In this document: in pieces, positions 1 to 8,791 of the stretch
Layout of the letters: each line of letters begins with the position of its first letter
How positions within the stretch are numbered: position 1 is the first letter of the stretch
Assembly: GCA_016932045.1 (NCBI GenBank)
Contig: JAFGDO010000030.1
Span: 10,172 to 74,171 of the forward strand
Direction: 5' to 3'
DNA from: Candidatus Dojkabacteria bacterium
GTDB taxonomy: Bacteria; Patescibacteriota; Dojkabacteria; JAHIVN01
DNA: 64,000 bases
Notes under the pieces: model-generated
Told to the model about the DNA's origin: nothing
Database searches by the model: none
What the model saw: the letters and a program-made list of their open reading frames with translations, nothing else
Translations under genes and position numbers: made by a program

Positions 1-312
1 GACAAAGCAATTCCAAAAATCCTCAAATCCGGAACAATATATGTCGGCTCAAGCGCCGGAAGTATGATTTGTGCTAAAACACAGTACTCAGCAGAATGGT
101 TTTTTGGAGAAGAAGAACCAGGCTGTTCTCTTATCCCAGGCCTTGGACTTATAGACTTCGAGATTTATCCGCACTATGAGGATGTACTGTTTGATAGAAT
201 TAAAAGGAAATGGAAAAAAGGAAAACTTTGTCTTCTAAAAAATGATGAAGCAGTTACAGTAGTAAATGATAAGATCAAAGTACTTGGAAAAGAAAGGTTT
301 ATAGAGAAATAA
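1..312 (+). CDS. Peptidase S51 (peptidase E-like) family protein, 5'-truncated by the window edge
   Basis: Frame is open from base 1: DKAIPKILKSGTIYVGSSAGSMIC. It has the GxSAG nucleophile motif, GLGL and a PHY catalytic His motif. Confidence 0.8.
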   Translation, partial: DKAIPKILKSGTIYVGSSAGSMICAKTQYSAEWFFGEEEPGCSLIPGLGLIDFEIYPHYEDVLFDRIKRKWKKGKLCLLKNDEAVTVVNDKIKVLGKERFIEK

Positions 313-330
313 CTTAATCTTAAATTCGAT

Positions 331-900
331 ATGAAAACCGCATTACTTTTACATGGCACTTGCGATAAGGAAGAATATTTTAGTGACAAATATCCATCGC
401 TTTCAAATAGCCACTGGTTTCCATGGCTGCAGAAACAGCTTTTAATGAGAGGAGTCTTCACTCAAACTCCAGAGATGCCTGACGCTTATAAACCTGATTA
501 TAAAAAGTGGAAGAGAGAGTTTGAAAGATTTGATGTTGATAAAGATACGATTCTTGTTGGACACAGCTGTGGTGGAGGCTTTCTTGTTCGTTACTTATCT
601 GAGCATAAATTAAAAATCAAAAAACTTATCCTTGTTGCTCCATGGATGGATCCAAATAATAAAAAGGCCGCATCCTTTTTCGACTTTACAATAGACCCAA
701 AACTCGAAGATCGTGCTAAAGAGATGTTTATCTTAGTATCCGAAGATGAGGAGGTCGATGGAGTCAAAGAGACAGTCGGAATTCTTTCTGAAAAATTTCA
801 CGAAGCAAGGCTTATACAATTTGATAAGATGGGCCACTTTACATTGGGCGAGATGAAAACAGATAAGTTCCCCGAACTGCTAAAGTTAATTCTGAAATAG
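331..900 (+). CDS. RBBP9/YdeN-family alpha/beta hydrolase
   Basis: LLHG, WFPWL, GHSCG nucleophile elbow, LVAP and C-terminal GHF motifs. Confidence 0.85.
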   Translation: MKTALLLHGTCDKEEYFSDKYPSLSNSHWFPWLQKQLLMRGVFTQTPEMPDAYKPDYKKWKREFERFDVDKDTILVGHSCGGGFLVRYLSEHKLKIKKLILVAPWMDPNNKKAASFFDFTIDPKLEDRAKEMFILVSEDEEVDGVKETVGILSEKFHEARLIQFDKMGHFTLGEMKTDKFPELLKLILK

Positions 901-1046
901 AATTTATTTAACCCAGATAAATATTACAACCTCATTCGGTGGAATTAAAAGATTGGTGTAGTTTACAAACCTACTCTTACAACGATCTTGCTAAAATTCC
1001 AACCCTATAATATAATCACTATGTAATCATTTATTATAATAAACAA

Positions 1047-1382
1047 ATGCCGGACCAAGATACAGCTGAACAAGCCACTCCTGAAGCGCGAGCTGAACAA
1101 TTTGCAAGTAAAATCAAAACTTGGCAAGATGTTTCTATCCAAGGTCAGCTTGGAGACGGAACTGTTGAAATTACTCAAAAGGCTCCATTCAGATTCCATG
1201 GTGATGTCGATCCTAGATATCTTCTAAAAATAGCTGACGACTCACTATTTATCTGGGCAGGAACCATAGGAGGAGAGACGATATCACAAGTTCTATCCGA
1301 AGGCTACCTTGTTGCTGAAGGATCATGCTACATGAGACTAACAACAGCTTATGAACCAGAAAACGAATGGATTTGGAGATAA
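1047..1382 (+). CDS. Hypothetical protein, paralog of 2000..2332
   Basis: ORF is conserved with its paralog (MPDQDTAEQATPE, LFIWAGT, VLSEGYLVAEGSCYM). Confidence 0.75.
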   Translation: MPDQDTAEQATPEARAEQFASKIKTWQDVSIQGQLGDGTVEITQKAPFRFHGDVDPRYLLKIADDSLFIWAGTIGGETISQVLSEGYLVAEGSCYMRLTTAYEPENEWIWR

Positions 1383-1399
1383 CGATTCTTCCATTTTTA

Positions 1400-1861
1400 C
1401 TACCCTTTCATATCAAGTACACATCTCACAGCATCAGCTAACTCTGCTACCCTAAATGGTTTCTCAATAAATGCAACATTACTCTCCCCCTCAACCTGTT
1501 GTATATGTAACAACTTTTCTTTTACCGGGAGTAACATTTCACTACTCATCACAATCACCTTAGGCTTCGGCATTCCGTGCCGAGTGCAATGTTGAAATAA
1601 AGCTTCAACAAAATCAATTCCATTACGATACGGCATCATAACATCAGTTATGACAAGTCCCGGCATGCCTTTTTCCTGCCATTGTTCGATCAAACCTACG
1701 TTTCCACAATGTGTTGAAATATTTGTAAATCCCCCATAATCAGGTTTCATTAGCACCCTCACAACTACGTCAGAAATACTTGGTTCGTCGTCGATTACTG
1801 CAATGAGAGTTGTATTTCCTACTGTTTCTTTAGCTTCCTCTGATACTTGCTCTGTTGCCAT
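1400..1861 (-). CDS. Single-domain response regulator (CheY-like receiver)
   Basis: VIDDE acidic pocket, ITDVMMP phospho-acceptor, MSS and EKPF motifs. Confidence 0.9.
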   Translation of the reverse strand: MATEQVSEEAKETVGNTTLIAVIDDEPSISDVVVRVLMKPDYGGFTNISTHCGNVGLIEQWQEKGMPGLVITDVMMPYRNGIDFVEALFQHCTRHGMPKPKVIVMSSEMLLPVKEKLLHIQQVEGESNVAFIEKPFRVAELADAVRCVLDMKG

Positions 1862-1999
1862 AATTTTTAACTTTAAAAAATAATATAGTATTATAGCAGC
1901 ATAAGAGATAGTTTAAAAATACCGTAAGTTCTTAGCTACCTTGATAAAAACACAGTCCTATAATATAATCACTATGTAATCATTTATTATAATAAACAA

Positions 2000-2332
2000 A
2001 TGCCGGACCAAGATACAGCTGAACAAGCAACTCCTGAAGTGCGAGCTGAACAATTTGTAGCTCGACTCAAAGATTGGGAAGAAGTTTCCATTCAAGGACA
2101 ACTTGGAGACAGCACAGTTGATATAACAAGGAGAGCAGCATATAGTTTTAGAGGCAATTATGAACCACTATTTCTTCTGGAAACTGCTGACGGCTCATTA
2201 TTTATCTGGGCAGGAACCGTAGGAGAAGAGACGATACCACAAGTTCTATCCGAAGGCTACCTTGTTGCTGAGGGATCATGCTATATGCTACTAACAACTG
2301 CCTTTGAAGAAGACAACAACTGGATATGGTGA
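2000..2332 (+). CDS. Hypothetical protein, paralog of 1047..1382
   Basis: Paralogy with 1047..1382. Confidence 0.75.
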   Translation: MPDQDTAEQATPEVRAEQFVARLKDWEEVSIQGQLGDSTVDITRRAAYSFRGNYEPLFLLETADGSLFIWAGTVGEETIPQVLSEGYLVAEGSCYMLLTTAFEEDNNWIW

Positions 2333-2417
2333 TAAAGCCTACAGTCTTTCCTGACTAAGACCTTCTTCAAATATTTAGATTACAAATCCGAGAATTTAAA
2401 AATCTGGAAACCTACAC

Positions 2418-2870
2418 CTACTTCATCCCAAGCACACCTCTTACTGTTGCTAGAAGTTCTCTGTGTTGAAAAGGCAGTACAATATGCCCAACATTTTCAT
2501 GACCTTCTTGATCTTGTATTTTTGAAACGGCCTCTCTCATTGCAGGTGTACCTGCACTATCCAAAAAAATTATTTTCGGCTTTTGAACTCTTTGTGCTTC
2601 ACAGAAACTTAGTAACTCCTGAAGAAATTCCACCCCGCTACGTTGAGGCATCATCATATCTATAAATATAAGTCCCGGTAATCCTCCATCGTTACGCCAT
2701 TCTTCAATCAATCCGATATTACGTTCATGCTTAGTTACATTTGTAAATCCACCTTTTCGTAAAGCATGAGAAATAAGATCGGACATTTCAGGTTCATCGT
2801 TGACTATTGCTATATGCGTTGCCTGTTTTAATTTTTCTCCTGTCTCTTCTGGTTCTTGTTCTCCTGTCAT
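2418..2870 (-). CDS. Single-domain response regulator, atypical
   Basis: IVNDE and FIDMMMP are present, but the conserved Lys is replaced (VLPF instead of KPF). Confidence 0.85.
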   Translation of the reverse strand: MTGEQEPEETGEKLKQATHIAIVNDEPEMSDLISHALRKGGFTNVTKHERNIGLIEEWRNDGGLPGLIFIDMMMPQRSGVEFLQELLSFCEAQRVQKPKIIFLDSAGTPAMREAVSKIQDQEGHENVGHIVLPFQHRELLATVRGVLGMK

Positions 2871-2920
2871 TTTTTTTAAGTTTCAAAAGTAATATAACAT
2901 TATAGCAATATCACAATTGT

Positions 2921-3017
2921 GGTTGAAGGTTGAATCTTCAACCGGTGTGGTCTATTGTGATGAAAAGGTTAAACCTTTTCATAGCTCAAACAGGACAAGG
3001 GGCTTTTAGCCCCTTGT
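2921..3017. repeat. Cluster of three REP-like palindromes
   Basis: GGTTGAAGGTTGAATCTTCAACC (2921-2943), ATGAAAAGGTTAAACCTTTTCAT (2960-2982), ACAAGGGGCTTTTAGCCCCTTGT (2995-3017). Confidence 0.8.
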
Positions 3018-3045
3018 TCAAATCACCTCATTATTGAATGGCTCT

Positions 3046-3390
3046 CTACCTGGCATCGCACTTCTCAAGATCATCAAACTTGTCCGCCGCTAGGATACAC
3101 TTTCCTTCTTTTCTGACATCCAGAAGACCTTTATTCTCTCTGCTCTTTTCTTCCTCTTCCACACAATCATCGACTGAACCAAAAATCTCTAGAACTAGTT
3201 GATCAGCCTGCTCGCTGTCTCCTCCCATCTCTTCCTTGTATTGCTCGACCATAAGGTCTCGGACCTTCTCGCAAACCTGTTGTGAACTTGGCGGAAGGAC
3301 AAAAACTTTAAGCATTACAAAACCAAGAAGCGGAAGCACCACGACTATAACTACAAGCACAACAATGATTATCTTTGTATTCTTTTTCAT
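3046..3390 (-). CDS. Hypothetical membrane-anchored protein with 4 Cys
   Basis: N-terminal KK plus hydrophobic helix, followed by an acidic domain. Confidence 0.7.
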   Translation of the reverse strand: MKKNTKIIIVVLVVIVVVLPLLGFVMLKVFVLPPSSQQVCEKVRDLMVEQYKEEMGGDSEQADQLVLEIFGSVDDCVEEEEKSRENKGLLDVRKEGKCILAADKFDDLEKCDAR

Positions 3391-3480
3391 AAATAAATTA
3401 GAAATAAAGTAATATTTATTATCAGTCTAAAGGATAGAATCTGTAATTGCAAGAATCTGCTGAAGTAGTTTTTCACTAAT

Positions 3481-3582
3481 GGTTGAAGTTGAACCTTCAA
3501 CCAGTGTGGTTACCGGTTCAGGAGTTGAACTCCCGAACTAAAAACCTATCCAACGATGGTCGAAGGTTTAACCTTTGACCAT
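3481..3582. repeat. Cluster of three REP-like palindromes
   Basis: GGTTGAAGTTGAACCTTCAACC (3481-3502), GGTTCAGGAGTTGAACTCCCGAACT (3515-3539), ATGGTCGAAGGTTTAACCTTTGACCAT (3556-3582). Confidence 0.8.
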
Positions 3583-3734
3583 ACTAGCAAAATGTTGTGA
3601 CTTGTATCCTGTTATAAGAGGATCGGACCAACACTTGCGGTTTAACCTTTGCCTAGCTTCTGAAATTTATGCTGTGTAATTTAACAGTATATACCGTTAA
3701 ATTACTAGCATATTTAAACTTCTATAATAATAGC

Positions 3735-4046
3735 ATGTCGATAGATAGTGCCGAAACAAAAGAAGGAATAAAGTTATCTCGCGAGGGACAGGTCACACTA
3801 GGAGCCATAATAGCTAAACTTGCAGTAGTAATAGCAATGGTAACATCACCCGTTAAAGCCGAAGGACAACCTCGTCCGACACCAGGACCCCAAGGAACTC
3901 CTGAAGCTACACCAACGTTGACACATGTGCATCTACCATATATTGCAAATAATGCAGGTCCCTCTATTCCAATACCTACAATAAGACCGACTCCCGCAGC
4001 ACCCTCACCAACTCCTACTAGTCGCCCAACACCTAGTGCACCATAG
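3735..4046 (+). CDS. Small exported Pro/Thr-rich protein
   Basis: Hydrophobic segment ending VKA, PT repeats and an HLPYI segment. ATG 3735 was chosen because TATAAT lies at 3723-3728. Confidence 0.6.
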   Translation: MSIDSAETKEGIKLSREGQVTLGAIIAKLAVVIAMVTSPVKAEGQPRPTPGPQGTPEATPTLTHVHLPYIANNAGPSIPIPTIRPTPAAPSPTPTSRPTPSAP

Positions 4047-4200
4047 AAATTAAAGAACTGTAAAGTTAAATCGAGTTTTTCCTTATATCAAAAATTCTAA
4101 TTTGCAATAACACTAATTATAGTCTAAAATAAGATTGTTCTAACTTCCGTTCTATACACAAACTTCGTACAAAAGAACATGTTATCTTATTCTGCCCGAG

Positions 4201-5286
4201 ATGAACCTTTATGAAAAAATTTCAACTCTTGGCCCGAGTGCACAATATGATACATGCGGCCCAAAAGACTTTGGTAAAACCACAAATATTCCTGGCGTCT
4301 ATCACGCAAAAGTAGGAGGAAACAACATATGCAGACTATTTAAAGTTCTTCAATCAAATAAATGCGTAAACAACTGCTACTATTGTGCTTTCAGACGTGA
4401 TCGTGATACTCCCAGGATAACTGCCTCCTCAGATGAGATGGCCGAGGCCTTTATCTCAGCCTTTTCACGCCGTTTAGTTGATGGTTTCTTTCTCTCTTCT
4501 GGAATCGATTCTCATCCTGATACAACCATGACAAGAGTCCTGGATACTGCTTCAATACTTAGAGAAAAATATCATTACAAAGGATATATACATCTAAAGG
4601 TTATGCCGGGGACTTCAGTGAGTTGCATTCAGGAGTCCATCAAAGTAGCTGATAGAATTTCATTAAATATTGAGTCTCCGACTGAGCAGGACCTTCTAGC
4701 ACTCACGCCAAATAAAAGTTTGAAATATGGATTCTTCACAACGCTCAATCTAATTAAAAGAGAAATCAAGAAGTTCCAATCCATTCACCTAAAAGCTCCA
4801 AGTCTGACAACACAGTTTGTAGTAGGAGCCGGTACAGAAAAAGACCTCGATCTTATCCGAATTACAAATCTTCTTTACAAGCGCTACGAGCTAAAACGTG
4901 TATTTTTCTCCGCTTTCCGACCTGTACCTGATACTCCGCTCGAAGAAAAAGAAGCTGTATCTTTGATACGAGAACATAGATTATACCAAGCTGATTTTTT
5001 GATGCGTTTTTATCATTTTTCACCACTAGACATTCCTCTTGATCAGGAAGGTTTCCTTTCTGAGATAATTGACCCGAAGATGCTCTGGGCACAAAGACAT
5101 CCTGAGTATTATCCTGTAAATATCAATAGTGCGAATTATTGGAAACTGCTAAGGGTCCCTGGGATCGGACCGGTTTCAGCTAAAAAAATCATCCAAATAC
5201 GAAAGCATGGACGCTTGAAGTCTTTTTATCGCCTTCAAGGTAACCGCCTGCAAATAAACAAACTCTCCAGCTTCATCTGTTTCTAA
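4201..5286 (+). CDS. Putative DNA modification/repair radical SAM protein with C-terminal HhH (TIGR03916-like)
   Basis: CVNNCYYC cluster motif, GYIHLKVMPG, REHRLYQADFLMRFY and LLRVPGIGP HhH motif. Confidence 0.9.
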   Translation: MNLYEKISTLGPSAQYDTCGPKDFGKTTNIPGVYHAKVGGNNICRLFKVLQSNKCVNNCYYCAFRRDRDTPRITASSDEMAEAFISAFSRRLVDGFFLSSGIDSHPDTTMTRVLDTASILREKYHYKGYIHLKVMPGTSVSCIQESIKVADRISLNIESPTEQDLLALTPNKSLKYGFFTTLNLIKREIKKFQSIHLKAPSLTTQFVVGAGTEKDLDLIRITNLLYKRYELKRVFFSAFRPVPDTPLEEKEAVSLIREHRLYQADFLMRFYHFSPLDIPLDQEGFLSEIIDPKMLWAQRHPEYYPVNINSANYWKLLRVPGIGPVSAKKIIQIRKHGRLKSFYRLQGNRLQINKLSSFICF

Positions 5287-5410
5287 GTCGACTTCACAGA
5301 CCTTACCATAACCCCTATCCTAAACTAACTTCTTTTCCCTAACCTTAATACAATCTTTACAAAACCCCTACTCTATAGTATCTTAGGTTAAGGCTTTGAT
5401 TATTAAATTA

Positions 5411-6886
5411 ATGAGAAAAAATTCTTCATCGAAATCCTCTCAAGATCAATATACTCGAAAGATTCTAGAATTTGATAAAAGGTACAATATCTCAAAATTC
5501 CTGAGTAAATTAATGCCTATCATTATTTTTGGTACGGGTGTTATCGTATTATTTGCAATATTATTGTTCCCACGAGGTTTTGACTTAAAACCACTACTTA
5601 AGTCACTTCCAGAAACAGGAGTCGGCGACTACTGTAAGGTGAATGAAGACTGCGATAATGATGAATTCTGTGAATTTAACATGTGTTGGAACATTTATAC
5701 CTGCTCATTCTCAGGTTATGTTGATGACAGATATCCACCATACTGTCTATATACCTATACTGAGTGTACATATGGTATATGCACTTTTCCTGCTGCAACT
5801 CCCGGGTGCGGGAATGTGTTCCGAGTTTGCGAAGATCTTGAAATAACCTGTAACTGCGGAGCCTGCTATAATGATGCAGGGTGCAATGATGGCAATAACT
5901 GTACTCTTGACAGCTGTGACATACGATTTGGAACTGCAGGTTATTGCCACTATGAAGACGCTTGTTCAGAGAATGAAATTTGCACAAATAACCAGTGCGT
6001 AAATAGATTTACTGATCCGAGCAATTGTGGATGGAACCCAGTTCAGTGCGCTCAAGGTGAAGTATGTATACGTGGACAATGCGTTCCAGATCCAAACTGT
6101 CAAGATACATGCTCAAGCCTAGGCTACCATTGCGGAAATCACACAATCTGTAGCAGAGAAGTGAATTGCGGTACTTGTCCTGGCGGATATTCATGTAATG
6201 CTTCGGGTATATGCGTTTTTACATGTAACGATACCTGTCAGTCACTTGGTCTTGATTGCGGGACACATATGATCTGCGGACAATCAACAACCTGCGGCTC
6301 ATGCCCCTCGGGTTATAGATGCAACTCCGCAAGTAAATGTGAAAGGGTTCAAACATGTAGTGACAGCTGTTCTAGTTTAAGCAAGGAGTGTGGAAATCAT
6401 AAAGTTTGCGATCAAGTAAGAAATTGTGGCACTTGTCCAGACGGAGAGGTCTGCAATAGCTACGGAGCATGTGTAAAAGAGGCTCAATGCCGTGATACGT
6501 GTGAATCCTTAAATGCAGAATGTGGCGAACGCATGATATGCGATAAACTTGTAAATTGTGGAGAGTGCGACAAAGATGAAGTTTGTAATGCTGAGGGGAC
6601 TTGTGAAAAAAAGAAAGATAAATGCGACGACACATGTGAATCACTAGGGTATGAATGTGGAGTTCATGAAGTTTGTGATGTTCTTACTCACTGCGGTTAC
6701 TGCGATGAGGAAGGAAATAAAATTCTAGGTGAAAGTGAGGAAAAGACGGAAATAAGCAGCGAGGATAAAAGCAATCTATTCATTATAATCGTTTGCTTCG
6801 CCTCAAGTTTCATGACTTTCTTAAGTCTTCTTGCTTTGTTTATTTACTATAAAAAGAGGAAGAAAGACAAAGACATAGTTACATAG
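5411..6886 (+). CDS. Cys-rich repeat surface protein with N- and C-terminal TM helices
   Basis: About five CxDTCxSLGxxCGxHxICxxxxxCGxC repeats between two hydrophobic helices, ending in a KKRKK tail. Start is 5396 (TTG) or 5411 (ATG). Confidence 0.85.
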   Translation: MRKNSSSKSSQDQYTRKILEFDKRYNISKFLSKLMPIIIFGTGVIVLFAILLFPRGFDLKPLLKSLPETGVGDYCKVNEDCDNDEFCEFNMCWNIYTCSFSGYVDDRYPPYCLYTYTECTYGICTFPAATPGCGNVFRVCEDLEITCNCGACYNDAGCNDGNNCTLDSCDIRFGTAGYCHYEDACSENEICTNNQCVNRFTDPSNCGWNPVQCAQGEVCIRGQCVPDPNCQDTCSSLGYHCGNHTICSREVNCGTCPGGYSCNASGICVFTCNDTCQSLGLDCGTHMICGQSTTCGSCPSGYRCNSASKCERVQTCSDSCSSLSKECGNHKVCDQVRNCGTCPDGEVCNSYGACVKEAQCRDTCESLNAECGERMICDKLVNCGECDKDEVCNAEGTCEKKKDKCDDTCESLGYECGVHEVCDVLTHCGYCDEEGNKILGESEEKTEISSEDKSNLFIIIVCFASSFMTFLSLLALFIYYKKRKKDKDIVT

Positions 6887-6942
6887 TTTCCGCCCTAGGC
6901 GGACCCGTCTCGGGAGGGAGATAGCTAGATAGTCGGATAGTT
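6872..6942 (+). repeat. Dispersed ~60-70 bp repeat, copy 1
   Basis: GACATAGTTACATAGTTTCCGCCCTAGGCGGACCCGTCTCGGGAGGGAGATAG. Related copies at 29352-29422 (+) and 22293-22345 (-). Confidence 0.8.
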
Positions 6943-6996
6943 AATTGTGAATTTTAATTCTTAATTATGAATTGAAGATTGTAGATTTTAAATTGA

Positions 6997-8184
6997 TCAG
7001 CTAATCTTCACGACATCCTTCCCAAACTTCATCTTATACTTCACTCTTTGATAGACAAATACCACAATCCTATCAAGCAAGATTGCTCCGACAAGTAACC
7101 CGACAAAAAATAAAACACTTTCAGCCGTTAACTCCGGAACTCTATTTGCAGATATATAACTAATCGTTCCAGCTAACGCTCCAAAAGTTGTGACAAGCCT
7201 GAGTGATTTGAGTCCGGTATCGGTAGTTTGACTTTGAAGCTCAACAATTATACCGATTGCAGAGTCAAGATACTCACGTGTCATTGCCCAAATCTCTTTT
7301 ATATAGTCTAGTGTATTTGTAAGAGTTTCGAACTTGTACTGAAATAAAGTAGAAAGATCCTCTCGGATATTTATATACTTAGCGATAGAAGCCCGTGTAC
7401 GGACATAACTTCCCATCTGATTTATCCTTCTACTTATAAGCGTTACTGTCTTGGAGTATGAGTCCAGTTTTGCTCTGACCTTTGGAATATCGATACCTTT
7501 TATATTTTTCATCTTTTTAATAAATGCTATTTCTTCCCACAAAGCCCTGTGTATTTGAAGATACTTCTCAAGATGATCCTTAAATTCTCTAAAGAAAATC
7601 TGCATCTCATTCAAGTCGCTGACTTGCTTGTAACGCCCCTTTGATGCAACTACAAAAATATATTCTGGTGTCTTGTAAACTGTAATATCATTAGATGTAA
7701 TTTGTGAATAAATTTCGCCAAACCTTTTTCTATCTATCACATAATTCTTATGTTGATCCGACCGCACGCCAATAACGAATGGATGGACTGTTTTTATATT
7801 GGCAAGAATCTTCGGTGTTGGGGCTCCTAGAGAAAATATATAGTTTATGGCAGGCTCAAAGAAATTCTGAAAATAATCTTCGAGAGTTTTGCAGGCTCTC
7901 TCTATATCACTCGCATCCAGCTCTAAAACATACAAACCATCTTCATAGTATCGTATTTCAATGCCCTCACTTGTCACAGCCTGGACATACTCCAAGTGAC
8001 CAGCTTCTCTTTTTACATCTTTAATCTTCAGTTCGCGATGAAATCTTTCAAGTTTGCTACGGGATAATTTCAGATATGATCTCCCTTTTGCTAAAAAAAG
8101 GTAAATTTCACTTAAGTGTATAGTAGTTCTCTGATACCATCCTCCATAAGTAATAGTATATTTTTGTTTCTCGGTTCCTGCCAT
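6997..8184 (-). CDS. Hypothetical protein with a long helical region and two C-terminal TM helices (CorA-like topology, no GMN motif)
   Basis: 395-aa ORF and its hydropathy pattern. Confidence 0.7.
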   Translation of the reverse strand: MAGTEKQKYTITYGGWYQRTTIHLSEIYLFLAKGRSYLKLSRSKLERFHRELKIKDVKREAGHLEYVQAVTSEGIEIRYYEDGLYVLELDASDIERACKTLEDYFQNFFEPAINYIFSLGAPTPKILANIKTVHPFVIGVRSDQHKNYVIDRKRFGEIYSQITSNDITVYKTPEYIFVVASKGRYKQVSDLNEMQIFFREFKDHLEKYLQIHRALWEEIAFIKKMKNIKGIDIPKVRAKLDSYSKTVTLISRRINQMGSYVRTRASIAKYINIREDLSTLFQYKFETLTNTLDYIKEIWAMTREYLDSAIGIIVELQSQTTDTGLKSLRLVTTFGALAGTISYISANRVPELTAESVLFFVGLLVGAILLDRIVVFVYQRVKYKMKFGKDVVKIS

Positions 8185-8257
8185 ATTTTATTATTGATAT
8201 AAACCTTCTTTTAATATACCAGATCAAGTTGAAGCTGGGAAATGTAACTACTAAAAA

Positions 8258-8704
8258 CTACCGCCATTTCTCCTTTAGCCACTTCTTGCTTTTTTTATAA
8301 ATCAGAAGTAATCCCCTTGCCTGCATCTCCCGGCGAATAAGTCCTCCCTTATGCGGATGATTAAACATTTGCTTAAGTGGTGAGAAAAATCCATGCGCGT
8401 AGTGAATCACCTCATGAGCAATAGTCGCCCTGATAACATACTCAGGCACTCTCGGACTTTTAAAAAGCGATGTTATGGTAATAAGTGTAACTCTCTTATC
8501 ATCCTGATAGTCAAAATCATCAAGTCTTTTTTTAATGATTGACTTTACGCGGGTATCTCTCTTTACCCATCTTATCGAGCCCAACTGCCTTTTTGCTTTC
8601 CTTCCGAACTTTATAAGCACTAGATTCTTTCGAGGAATATCATTAAAATGATCCTCCCAAAGTTCATACATAATTTGTTCAAGCCATTTGTTATCACGTT
8701 GCAT
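8258..8704 (-). CDS. SprT-like/zincin HEXXH protein
   Basis: AHEVIH followed by HPHKGG. Confidence 0.7.
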   Translation of the reverse strand: MQRDNKWLEQIMYELWEDHFNDIPRKNLVLIKFGRKAKRQLGSIRWVKRDTRVKSIIKKRLDDFDYQDDKRVTLITITSLFKSPRVPEYVIRATIAHEVIHYAHGFFSPLKQMFNHPHKGGLIRREMQARGLLLIYKKSKKWLKEKWR

Positions 8705-8791
8705 TTTATAAAGAATTACGGAATAAATTGTAGCAGATATACACTAGAATTATAGTCTTTTACTTACGAATTTGCTATAAATACATACACT

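Larger units (their letters stand above)
1003..2910. repeat. Tandem duplication of a two-gene module (hypothetical gene plus convergent response regulator), period about 950-1010 bp
   Basis: CTATAATATAATCACTATGTAATCATTTATTATAATAAACAAATGCCGGACCAAGATACAGCTGAACAAGC occurs at about 1005 and about 1958. Both ORF pairs are paralogous. Confidence 0.9.

Noticed and set aside
1047-2332. Diversity-generating retroelement TR/VR pair
   Set aside because: Differences are not confined to adenines, and no reverse transcriptase is in the window.
5643-6644. Multiple short overlapping ORFs here and opposite other long genes
   Set aside because: Alternative-frame or antisense shadows of well-supported CDSs, with no motifs of their own.
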